Below, one piece after another: positions 39,327 to 48,272 of a stretch of DNA of 64,000 nt; position 1 is the stretch's first letter; each line of letters starts with the position of its first letter. The DNA is from Thermoplasmata archaeon (GTDB lineage: Archaea > Thermoplasmatota > Thermoplasmata > GCA-020350865): positions 3,713,002 through 3,777,001 of the forward strand of contig CP070751.1 of NCBI GenBank assembly GCA_020348445.1. Direction: 5' to 3'. The translations under genes were made by a program, and so were the position numbers. Under the pieces are notes generated by a model, which was given only the letters and a program-made list of their open reading frames with translations, was not told the origin of the DNA and did no database searches.

Positions 39327-40172
39327 ATAATTTACTCCGAATATAATCCAGATAAAACTACCAATATCTCCGATCAAATTAGATATCTTGGAATACATAT
39401 TCTTGGCTTGATCACACTTTGCCTTTTAATAATCATTCCCTGGCATCTCTTCCTTAAACCACTTTATGAAGGGCCATATTTGTGGTTTTATGTGCTCAGC
39501 TTTTCAATAACGACCTATCTTGTCGGTGTTGAAGCTGAAAGTACAGGTAATCTTGATACAATTGGAGGGTTTTATATGTTATTGCTAATGACTATATCAT
39601 GGAGTTGTATTATAATAAGCGGTATTATCGAGCTCTGGATTTTGCAGTGGTTTGGAGTTGCATTGACTTTTCTAACCGTTGGTATAGGACTCATCATCAT
39701 TCAAAAGCTTTCCAATATTGGATTATATTCTGAAATTCCTACTATTTTCATAGCTGCATCTCGCTATAGCTATGGGGATAAAGGGGAATTTTCTAACATT
39801 CCTTTTGAAGCGGAGATAGGAAAATACAATATGGACGATATTAAAAAGTACACTAAAATTCTTTTAAAATATGGGATTGCATTAAGGGTTACAGAAGATG
39901 CAGATTCTATCACGATTTATATACGAAAACCTTCCAATCTAGTGCGAACGATTCTTTTACCTGGATCAGTGCTTTTTGGACAATCTTGGATTAAAATAAG
40001 ATCTGATGGACACATTATTATATCAGTATCAAAAAATGCTTATGAATACTTGGACTCACCAGGCTTATATAATGAATTATGTAAGGCAATTTCTCGTATT
40101 ATCGACGAGTCCATAAATCAATATTATGCAGGCGATGAGCAAGGAGCTTTAAGAAAATTAGGCATTAAATAA
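39327..40172 (+). CDS. Multi-pass membrane protein; SD suggests an ATA start at 39327 (track start 39408)
   Basis: Open frame; GGAGG 8 nt upstream of ATA; several TM helices. Confidence 0.6.
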   Translation: MIYSEYNPDKTTNISDQIRYLGIHILGLITLCLLIIIPWHLFLKPLYEGPYLWFYVLSFSITTYLVGVEAESTGNLDTIGGFYMLLLMTISWSCIIISGIIELWILQWFGVALTFLTVGIGLIIIQKLSNIGLYSEIPTIFIAASRYSYGDKGEFSNIPFEAEIGKYNMDDIKKYTKILLKYGIALRVTEDADSITIYIRKPSNLVRTILLPGSVLFGQSWIKIRSDGHIIISVSKNAYEYLDSPGLYNELCKAISRIIDESINQYYAGDEQGALRKLGIK

Positions 40173-40177
40173 AATGA

Positions 40178-40331
40178 GACAATCCCTTCCTTTAAAAAAG
40201 CGTTCCAAGGCAAGAGCAAAGGACGCAGGACTACATGGAAGTTAGATTTGTGAGCAATCGGTACACTGAGGGAGAGGCAAAACCTTTATCCTTATAGAGA
40301 GATAATGGTTTTAGGGGCGGGGCTTGCGAGG
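40178..40331 (+). repeat. Repeat copy N (left TIR, B-like end)
   Basis: Central part nearly identical to copy B. Confidence 0.88.
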
Positions 40332-40363
40332 AAAGCGATTGAACTAAATGGAGATGTGCCCGG

Positions 40364-40798
40364 ATGAACATAGTAATAGAATTATATAACAATAGTAAGC
40401 ACCGTGAGCAAGTAATTGAATTATGGGATTCGGTCTTTGCTCCCAAAGATGCAAGAAATAGACCACAGTTATCGATTGATAAAAAATTATCAGTCATGGA
40501 CGATTTGTTTTTTATCGCAAGGGATGGCGATCAAGTAATTGGAACGGTCATGGCTGGATATGATGGCCATCGTGGATGGATATATTCAATGGCAGTAATT
40601 CCTGAAAGACGAAATTTGAACGTTGGAACCACATTGTTGAAACACGCAGAAAATGAATTAAAGAAGCTTGGCTGTGTAAAAATCAACTTACAGATCTATA
40701 AAGATAATGATAGTGTAAAAAATTTCTACTTAAAAAATGGATATTCTATAGAAGAAAGAATTAGTATGGGAAAAGAAATCAAGGATAACATCCGATGA
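40364..40798 (+). CDS. GNAT acetyltransferase (YpeA-like)
   Basis: GTVMAGYDGHRGWIYSMAV.PE.R. Confidence 0.9.
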   Translation: MNIVIELYNNSKHREQVIELWDSVFAPKDARNRPQLSIDKKLSVMDDLFFIARDGDQVIGTVMAGYDGHRGWIYSMAVIPERRNLNVGTTLLKHAENELKKLGCVKINLQIYKDNDSVKNFYLKNGYSIEERISMGKEIKDNIR

Positions 40799-40801
40799 AA
40801 A

Positions 40802-41000
40802 AATCCCTGTTCCCAGAACAGGTAGGGGAAGGCTTCACTAGTCCGATAATAGATTCAGATAGGAGTAGCAATCCATGGTGAGCAAAATCTTTATCTCATA
40901 GAGGGATAATGGTTTTATGGATGGGATTTAGAAATGGCATGTGGACATTAACCCAACGCCATTTCCGAGGCTTGCATCCGTTTAAAAGGAGGGGATTGTT
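40802..41000 (+). repeat. Repeat copy O (degenerate left part, A-type end)
   Basis: Hairpin module, GAAATGGC/GCCATTTC, AGGAGGGGATTGT. Confidence 0.85.
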
Positions 41001-41008
41001 GATTTTCT

Positions 41009-42346
41009 TTATTTTCCAGGGTCAATCACTCTAATCTCATCACTGTATCCCTCAAACGACGTTCCATCTGCTAATTCTCCAGTAACCTTCAGATTATAGG
41101 TACCAGGCGACAGCATATCCTCTACTTCGCTTCTTTCAAACTTGACCATGAGAGTATCGCCTTGGATGTCACCCCATTCAGCTGGAATTGTATCTTCAAG
41201 TAAAACACTATTAACGTCTATATCGTTAACATCATAACCAGTGGGTAAATCGATATAACAGGTAATCCAATTTCCCTTTGATTTGAGATTAAGAGTATCT
41301 GGATCAATATCAACAATAGCTTCAATTGTATCATTATAAGAAGATGATGGGTACCTAAGGATTGAACTTCCTCCTACAATCAGAGCATATTTGCCATCAG
41401 GTCTCCAATCGACATCCCTAAGAAAGTCGATGGTATCAGTTTTCAATTCTATTAAACCTTCTTCATCATATTTGTAAACTCGCCCATAACCTCCAGCAAT
41501 TAAAGCATAACTTCCATCAGGGTTCCAATCGACATCAAATAGTGGAACCTGCATCCATACCCCTGGTGATGCTTCATAAGATATATTGCTATATAATTCT
41601 GTCAATGAAATACCGTCATATTTCCAAATAGAGCCTCCGCTTACCAGGAGTGCATAACTGCCATCTGGTTTCCAAGACACACCAAAAAATTGTTTTGCTG
41701 GTGTATACAAATTTGAAAATGTTGTTCCGTCATATTTTATAACTTTTTTCCCTACTATTAAGGCGTAGCTACCATCGGGTTTCCATTCAACATCAGAAAG
41801 TACGTTATTTACTTTATGAGCAATATGGAAATTAGACCCATTATATGTAATTACCAGCCCCCGTGGGTCCATATGATACCGATCATATAATCCGACAATT
41901 ACAGCTTGACTTCCATCAGGTTTCCAATCAATTCCAGTAAAAGCGTAGAATCTATAAAGGGTTCTATTATCAATATGTGTGTAATTGAAGGTTGTTCCAT
42001 TATAAACGTAAATCCTCATATCGCTTCCGAGTAGAGCATAACTACCATCCGGATTCCATTGACTACTGTAAAACGAATACATTTGATATTTTGCCCATAC
42101 CTGTGTATAATCTTGACCATCGTATGTATATGAAGTTTCACCAGTCATACCCAATAAGGCTAGGCTGCTATTCGGGCTCCAAGATACACTGTATAAGACC
42201 GGGGGGCATGGATGAGATAAACTCTCGACCTCCAATTCTGATTCAGGTGAATTACTCATTACATTCTCGTTTCCAAAGGAAAAAAAAACAAAAGATAGCC
42301 CCAATATCAATGAAATTATGCCATGAATTTTTGCCAACATTATCAA
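41009..42346 (-). CDS. Secreted WD40-like propeller protein with shared C-terminal domain
   Basis: W.PDG.YAL repeats; DPDTLNLKSKGNW domain. Confidence 0.82.
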   Translation of the reverse strand: MIMLAKIHGIISLILGLSFVFFSFGNENVMSNSPESELEVESLSHPCPPVLYSVSWSPNSSLALLGMTGETSYTYDGQDYTQVWAKYQMYSFYSSQWNPDGSYALLGSDMRIYVYNGTTFNYTHIDNRTLYRFYAFTGIDWKPDGSQAVIVGLYDRYHMDPRGLVITYNGSNFHIAHKVNNVLSDVEWKPDGSYALIVGKKVIKYDGTTFSNLYTPAKQFFGVSWKPDGSYALLVSGGSIWKYDGISLTELYSNISYEASPGVWMQVPLFDVDWNPDGSYALIAGGYGRVYKYDEEGLIELKTDTIDFLRDVDWRPDGKYALIVGGSSILRYPSSSYNDTIEAIVDIDPDTLNLKSKGNWITCYIDLPTGYDVNDIDVNSVLLEDTIPAEWGDIQGDTLMVKFERSEVEDMLSPGTYNLKVTGELADGTSFEGYSDEIRVIDPGK

Positions 42347-42470
42347 CCTCCCGGATTTTTATGATTTAATTAATATATCTTTGTAATACGATTTTTAAAT
42401 TATCCTTTTTAGATATAAATATATTGGCACAATCATCAAAATGTCAGCGATTATAATCTATTATAGCCTA

Positions 42471-42687
42471 GAGAATCCCCTCCTTAAGAAAAAGCTTGCA
42501 GAAGAAAGGGGCCCCTTCACTATATTGATGATGGATTCAGGGAGGAACAATCCGAAACTTCGGAGTAGCAAAACCTTTATCTTCGCATGACAATGATGGT
42601 TTTGGGGCTTGGGCTTAGAAATGGCATATCGCGGATTACAAATGACATTTCCAAGGCATTTCCGTTAAACAACAAAATGAGGGGATT
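42471..42687 (+). repeat. Repeat copy P (degenerate full length)
   Basis: GAATCCCCTCCTT...GGGCTTAGAAATGGC...GAGGGGATT. Confidence 0.82.
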
Positions 42688-42689
42688 AA

Positions 42690-43898
42690 ATGAAACACAA
42701 TATCTTTAAGATAATGATGATCAACCTGTTAGTAATTACATTTGTTATTAACAGTGGTTGCATATCAGAAGATGATGACAAAGATGAGGGTAGTGTTCCA
42801 GATAATAGCGAAGAAGCGCTTTTCCCTGAAGTCGTTCCCGCAACAGATGGTCCTCTTGCCGTAAATGAAATCGATACTTGGGCCTATGTGATCCAGGATG
42901 TAGAGGGAAACGCAGATCTTTTGGAGCGGTCCCGCTATGGGATGCTTGTAATAGAACCCACCCGGACAGATTTTTCAGATGAATCTTCTCGTTCATATAA
43001 AACAAAGGATTTGGTAACCCGGCTCAAAGCCTCAGCCGGTAATAATGAGGTCAACCGTAAGCTTGTCATTGCCTATATCGACATAGGTCAGGCTGAAGAT
43101 TGGCGGTGGTATTGGGAGTGGTCTGTAGATAGCGACTGGGACCCTTCTGAAACAAGCAAGCAAAGCGACTGGCCTTCGTGGATAATTACTCACGACCCTG
43201 ATTGGATAGGATGTTTTCCTGTGTTATATTGGCATGAAGACTGGAAGAATATTGTCATCAATGGTGATTTTGTTTGGAATGATGATGTTGTGGAGGTTCC
43301 TTCCGGGGATGAATATGGGGGTGAAGGTTACAACAGCATCCTGGATGAGGTTATCATAGACGGGTTTGACGGCATTTATCTGGATTGGGTGGAAGCCTTC
43401 AGTGATGAATCTGTTGTTACAGCTGCGGAAGCAGCGGGTATCGACCCTGTCGAGACCATGTTCGATTTCATAGAAGAAATGAGAGATTATGGGCGCACTC
43501 GATTTCAGGAGATGGGTAGAGATCCCAACGAGTGGGTATTAATACAACAAAATGCACCAGATCTTGCTGAGAGTAACGATCCAAGGAAATTTACAGTCAT
43601 TGATGGCATTGCCCAAGAAGGTGTGTGGTGGGAAGGAACTGGTGATTCGGGTTGGGATGATCCCGAGGGTTATGATGTAAGTACTAAAGAGATATTGGGT
43701 GCCGATTGGTACAATGATGTTCTAAATGTATGGCTTCCGGCATACAAGGATGCGGGAATACCCGTATTTGCCTGTGAATATGCATTGGAAAACGCAGAAG
43801 ATGTCTATGAAAACTTGGCACCCGATGCTGGTTTCATCCCTTACTGCACAAGACGGTCACTTTCAAAATTAACAACTACTCCACCAAGTTTTGAATAG
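42690..43898 (+). CDS. GH114-like (MJ1477/TM1410-type) extracellular glycoside hydrolase, possible lipoprotein
   Basis: AYIDIGQAEDWRWYW; GFDGIYLDWV; NSGC lipobox-like motif. Confidence 0.78.
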   Translation: MKHNIFKIMMINLLVITFVINSGCISEDDDKDEGSVPDNSEEALFPEVVPATDGPLAVNEIDTWAYVIQDVEGNADLLERSRYGMLVIEPTRTDFSDESSRSYKTKDLVTRLKASAGNNEVNRKLVIAYIDIGQAEDWRWYWEWSVDSDWDPSETSKQSDWPSWIITHDPDWIGCFPVLYWHEDWKNIVINGDFVWNDDVVEVPSGDEYGGEGYNSILDEVIIDGFDGIYLDWVEAFSDESVVTAAEAAGIDPVETMFDFIEEMRDYGRTRFQEMGRDPNEWVLIQQNAPDLAESNDPRKFTVIDGIAQEGVWWEGTGDSGWDDPEGYDVSTKEILGADWYNDVLNVWLPAYKDAGIPVFACEYALENAEDVYENLAPDAGFIPYCTRRSLSKLTTTPPSFE

Positions 43899-43927
43899 GT
43901 TCGAAGTTGAATTTACTTTGAGCAGTT

Positions 43928-43978
43928 TGTCATTTCCAAGGTGTGCATCCATCTATAAGCAAAAGGAGGGGATTGGCG
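43928..43978 (+). repeat. Repeat copy Q (right-end fragment)
   Basis: GTCATTTCCAAGG...AAAAGGAGGGGATTGGC. Confidence 0.75.
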
Positions 43979-43985
43979 ATATTTT

Positions 43986-45380
43986 TCATTTTCCAGGATC
44001 AATGACCCTTATCTCATCGCTATATCCCTCAAACGATGTTCCATCTGCTAATTCCCCAGTAACCTTCAAATTGTAAGTCCCGGGTGATAACATATCCTCT
44101 ACTTCGCTTCTGTCGAATTTGACCATAAGCGTATCGCCTTGGATGTCACCCCATTTGGCTGGTAATGTATCCTCGAGTATCACAGTGCTGATATCTATAT
44201 CGTTGACATCATAACCATTTGGGAGGCCAATGTAACATGTGATCCATTTGCCCTTTGATTTAAGATTGAGCGTGTCAGGATCGATATCAATAAATGAAGT
44301 AATGATTGAGGCCCAAGGTCGCATAAGAGGATAATAATCATAATATCTATCGGGGTGAGGAATCAGAGTATCACCTATTCCATCACCTGCAATTGAATGT
44401 TTTCCTGTTCCGCTACCGTCATCTTCACCTGTATAATCTGACCAGTAATTGCCTTCTAAAAGAACAGGATGATACCAATTGTTTCTACTTCTCGAAGGAT
44501 CATCAACTCGGGCATTAAAGAAATTATTATGATATATGGTATTTCCCCTAGAACCATACCCTGTACATATACCCCAATCTCGACCTGAAATTGTATTATT
44601 CATTATTATATTATTATTGGAACGATCCCATAGATTAATATCAATGTCATTTGAGAGGATAATATCGGTGATTAAGTTGTAATTTGAATGATAAATCAAA
44701 GAAATACCTACAAAATTATCTATTACAGTATTATAGGCAACAGTATTGTTATTACTATAAAAATATATATCGATACCATAGTAATTATTGATTACTAGAT
44801 TATATGTTATAATGTTATTGTTAGAATATTGTAAAATAATTCCACATTTATAATTCCAGGCCGAGTAATTCAAAGAGATGATGTTGTTTGTAATAATATT
44901 ATATCTCGAATAGTACGCATAAATACCATAATTGCTGTCTAATAGCATGTTACTATAAATGTTGCATCTATCTGAATTTATTTGAATTCCTGCGTCACCA
45001 GTTAAAGAGCCACTTTTTTTGATAGTGAAACCAGAGACATTTACCCAATCTGCATTAATATTAATAACATCCCCATTTCCACCACCATCAATAACGGTAG
45101 TGATATTGTCTTCTCCTTGTAATGTAATAGTTTTATTTATGAATATATTCTCATGGTAATTTCCTGCCCTCACATATACGATGTCGCCATGATTTGCTGC
45201 ATCTATTGCCTCTTGAATCGTGAAATAATCATCAGGAACGACGATTAATGTTGCACTAACTATTGGGGTATATATTACAATAAAGAAGGATACAATCAAC
45301 AAAGCACATATTACAAAGCTTATTGCTTTTTTTCGCATTCTTACTCCCCCTCCATGAAAAATAAATGTATCTAGAGACAT
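43986..45380 (-). CDS. Secreted NosD/pectin-lyase beta-helix protein with shared C-terminal domain (probable start 45338)
   Basis: VPDDYFTIQEAIDAA; GNYWSDY; DPDTLNLKSKGKW domain. Confidence 0.85.
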   Translation of the reverse strand: MSLDTFIFHGGGVRMRKKAISFVICALLIVSFFIVIYTPIVSATLIVVPDDYFTIQEAIDAANHGDIVYVRAGNYHENIFINKTITLQGEDNITTVIDGGGNGDVININADWVNVSGFTIKKSGSLTGDAGIQINSDRCNIYSNMLLDSNYGIYAYYSRYNIITNNIISLNYSAWNYKCGIILQYSNNNIITYNLVINNYYGIDIYFYSNNNTVAYNTVIDNFVGISLIYHSNYNLITDIILSNDIDINLWDRSNNNIIMNNTISGRDWGICTGYGSRGNTIYHNNFFNARVDDPSRSRNNWYHPVLLEGNYWSDYTGEDDGSGTGKHSIAGDGIGDTLIPHPDRYYDYYPLMRPWASIITSFIDIDPDTLNLKSKGKWITCYIGLPNGYDVNDIDISTVILEDTLPAKWGDIQGDTLMVKFDRSEVEDMLSPGTYNLKVTGELADGTSFEGYSDEIRVIDPGK

Positions 45381-45398
45381 ATAAAACCTTCTTTAAAA

Positions 45399-45541
45399 GA
45401 CAATCCGCTCCAGCGTGTCGAGTATGTGTGGGAAGGCCGAAACACACAAACCTCTATAAAGCAAGGAGCAATCCGTGAGCACAGAGTAGTAAAACCTAAA
45501 CCCCCGTAGAGTGATAATGGTTTTAGGACTTAAAGCCGAGG
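45399..45541 (+). repeat. Repeat copy R (left TIR, B-type end)
   Basis: GACAATCCGCTCC...GATAATGGTTTTAGGACTTAAAGCCGAGG. Confidence 0.82.
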
Positions 45542-45587
45542 AGTGAAAAAAAGATAAGGTCACTGTATCCGATAATAATGGGCTTAA

Positions 45588-47057
45588 TTAAACACCTTTC
45601 CCATATAGTTTGATCATAGATGGTTCTTTAACAGATAATAACTTTATTAATGGTCTAAGAAATTGATGTCTTTGATAAAAATAATGCACCCCGGTTTTTA
45701 GGATGAATCCTTTAATGGATTTTCTTCTATATCTGTCTTTTACGATAAAAGATGTAAGTAAATATTTTCTTAAGTGAAATCGGAATATTTTATCTAGTAT
45801 ATCACTTACAAATTCACTATGGTCATACTCTTCGATGTCTATCACAGGATGAACATAATTCCAATTTTGGTAGTCCCAATCTTTTATCCATGCCTTGTTT
45901 TTCTTATAATATTGTGTCCATGGATAGGGGGTAAAAATATATGGCAATACCAAATCGGGATCCCATTTTTGAACAGTTTTAAATTTCATATTTAACGAAT
46001 TTTTTGTTTCATGTCTATCTCCTACAAGTAAGTTTACGATAGTCATGATATCGTGCTTTTTTAAGTAAGCGATGGCCTGTTTATTTTCATATACTGTTGT
46101 TCCTTTTCTTAATTCGTTTAGAAGATGTTGATCAGTTGCTTCAACTCCCAAATCAACAGTTACAATTCCAGATTTTTTATACAGGGGTAAATATTCTTTA
46201 TCTCGAACTACATCAGTTACCCTTAAGTTTAAAGTCATATGTATTTGGAGATTGCGATTCACTACATCTTTTAGCATCTGAAGCCATAATTTCTGGTCAA
46301 AAGACGGATTTTCATCAGCAAAGAAGAAATGGGTCACACCGAATTTTTTGTTTAATAGTTCCAATTCATCAACAAATAGTTTTGGATTCCTTGTCCTGTA
46401 CTTTTTCCAGAAATTCCATTGACCGCAAAACTCACAAAAAAATGGACATCCTCTTGAAAAACCAACCACAGCCATCTTTTCATTTGTGACTTTGTTTTTA
46501 TAAATTTCCCAGTCTTCTATTAGCTCCCAAGCTGCACGCACAGAATCTAGATCTTTTATGGGCTCTCTGTCAGGATTCACTACATAACCTTTTTCATTTC
46601 TCCAAACCAACCCATTGATTTTCTCCATGGAACGATTTCCATTTATAGCCTTTAACAATTCCTTGATAGTTATCTCACCTTCTCCTCTTATTATATAATC
46701 AACCTCTGGATGTTCCTTCATGATCTGATGAAATGTGAATGTTGGATGTATTCCCCCTAAAACCGTTATGATCTTACTGTTAACTTTCTTTGCATTTTTT
46801 AAGATAGCAAGTGATTTTTTAATGGTGGCAGTAGATGCACTACTGCCAGTGCACACCATATCAGGTCTTCCTTTTTTTAATATCGAAATAATATCCCTTA
46901 TTGAAAGGTTCTTTTTGGAAGCATCGATTAACTTCACATTATGATTATCATCAATCAATGCACCGCCGACATACAAAAGCCCCAAGGGAGTCATTGTGCC
47001 AACAGGAATCTCAGCCCCACCACAATGATAATTAGGATTTATAAGCAAGATTCGGAT
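45588..47057 (-). CDS. BchE-like cobalamin-dependent radical SAM enzyme; likely start at ATC 47057
   Basis: PNYHCGGAEI; SRGCPFFCEFCGQWNFW. Confidence 0.8.
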   Translation of the reverse strand: MRILLINPNYHCGGAEIPVGTMTPLGLLYVGGALIDDNHNVKLIDASKKNLSIRDIISILKKGRPDMVCTGSSASTATIKKSLAILKNAKKVNSKIITVLGGIHPTFTFHQIMKEHPEVDYIIRGEGEITIKELLKAINGNRSMEKINGLVWRNEKGYVVNPDREPIKDLDSVRAAWELIEDWEIYKNKVTNEKMAVVGFSRGCPFFCEFCGQWNFWKKYRTRNPKLFVDELELLNKKFGVTHFFFADENPSFDQKLWLQMLKDVVNRNLQIHMTLNLRVTDVVRDKEYLPLYKKSGIVTVDLGVEATDQHLLNELRKGTTVYENKQAIAYLKKHDIMTIVNLLVGDRHETKNSLNMKFKTVQKWDPDLVLPYIFTPYPWTQYYKKNKAWIKDWDYQNWNYVHPVIDIEEYDHSEFVSDILDKIFRFHLRKYLLTSFIVKDRYRRKSIKGFILKTGVHYFYQRHQFLRPLIKLLSVKEPSMIKLYGKGV

Positions 47058-47147
47058 TTATATCACCTTTATTCCTTATAGAAATAATATATACTATAAT
47101 TAAGAATTTCTAAAAGTCTCTTTGAAAGTTCCGAATATAGGGCAGAT

Positions 47148-47307
47148 GGCCTGCGTATAAGGGAGGAATATAGAAAGTGCAGATTCCGCAGGCCTTCGTG
47201 AAGTGAGGACCAGTTCGAGAGGATTGATTGGCAAAAACTTTATCTTCGTAGGGAGATATTGGTACAAGATGCGGGGCTGTTAATGCCATTCCATAATATA
47301 AGCGAGG
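47148..47307 (+). repeat. Repeat copy S (degenerate, B-type end)
   Basis: CGCAGGCCTTC; AAAACTTTATC/GATATTGGT; AAGCGAGG. Confidence 0.7.
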
Positions 47308-47357
47308 TCGTAGGTATGCAAGATAATAAATGAGGAGAATTAATCGTATGTGATGAA

Positions 47358-47750
47358 GTGGATATTAAGGATCTTAGAAGAATGAATCTTGTTGGGACAA
47401 TTTTTTTTGCTCTTTTCGGGAGTATCGGTGTAGCATCTATTTTTAATAGTTATTACAGTATTCAAAGACAATTTCCAAAATATGACTTTTCTGGAACTTT
47501 AAACCTTGCAATAATTTTACTTTGCATAGTAGTAATTTTTACAATTCTTTTATATAGATTTACAGTGATTGGTTTAGATCGAGGGAACTATAAAGGTGCC
47601 AAATTTTTCACATTGATAGGGATTCTTGTTGGATGGATAGGTTGGATCATTCCTTCAATTGTATTTATAAAATCCTTTCTCTCATTCGATGAAGCGATCG
47701 GACGTATTAAGAAAATTGAAAGCCCCAAAATGTCATTGAGAGATAAATAA
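47358..47750 (+). CDS. Membrane protein, paralogue of the 53427 ORF
   Basis: IGLDRGNY...TLIGILVG...SFDEAI. Confidence 0.7.
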   Translation: MDIKDLRRMNLVGTIFFALFGSIGVASIFNSYYSIQRQFPKYDFSGTLNLAIILLCIVVIFTILLYRFTVIGLDRGNYKGAKFFTLIGILVGWIGWIIPSIVFIKSFLSFDEAIGRIKKIESPKMSLRDK

Positions 47751-47816
47751 AGAAGATCTTTAAAAATAAAGTTAGGGTAAGACGGAGGTGGAAGGGCGAA
47801 AAAGATAAAATACATT

Positions 47817-47866
47817 AAAGCGTTGAATAAGAGTATTAAGCCAAGTTCATGGCTTAAAGGCGAAGG
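47817..47866 (+). repeat. Minimal element T
   Basis: AAAGCGTTG...TTAAGCCA-AGTTCA-TGGCTTAA-AGGCGAAGG. Confidence 0.6.
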
Positions 47867-47889
47867 TGATTAACAGTTGAGGGATTCAC

Positions 47890-48120
47890 ATGGGAAATTT
47901 GTTACATTTATTCCATCATCATAAACGAAAAAAATACGAAACGGAGAAGATGAAAGAATCGACAAAAGAGCAATATGATAAGGAATTGAAGAATCAACCG
48001 AAAAAATTTGATTATTATTGCCCATCTTGTCTTTTTCAAACAGATACATATTCTAAAATCTGTCCTAAATGTAACAAAGGAAAATTACAACAAACAACCG
48101 GGAATGTTACTTCAAAATAA
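47890..48120 (+). CDS. Small zinc-ribbon protein
   Basis: CPSC...CPKC. Confidence 0.6.
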   Translation: MGNLLHLFHHHKRKKYETEKMKESTKEQYDKELKNQPKKFDYYCPSCLFQTDTYSKICPKCNKGKLQQTTGNVTSK

Positions 48121-48200
48121 TGTATAATTAATACACTATGTAAAATCGGAATAATGAGGAAATAATGAAAACTGTTAAAGTACTTAAATACAATAAAGGT

Positions 48201-48228
48201 GTGTAGGGAAGGGGTTAAAGCACGAGGC
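48201..48228 (+). repeat. Minimal element U (B-type end only)
   Basis: GGGGTTAAAGCACGAGG. Confidence 0.4.
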
Positions 48229-48272
48229 AAAAAGCTTCAAATATATCTGGAACTTAGGAGGAAAATGAAATA

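Noticed and set aside
20149-47307. Group II intron or hammerhead ribozyme identity for the repeats
   Set aside because: No domain V consensus or CUGANGA/GAAA core seen; no reverse transcriptase gene
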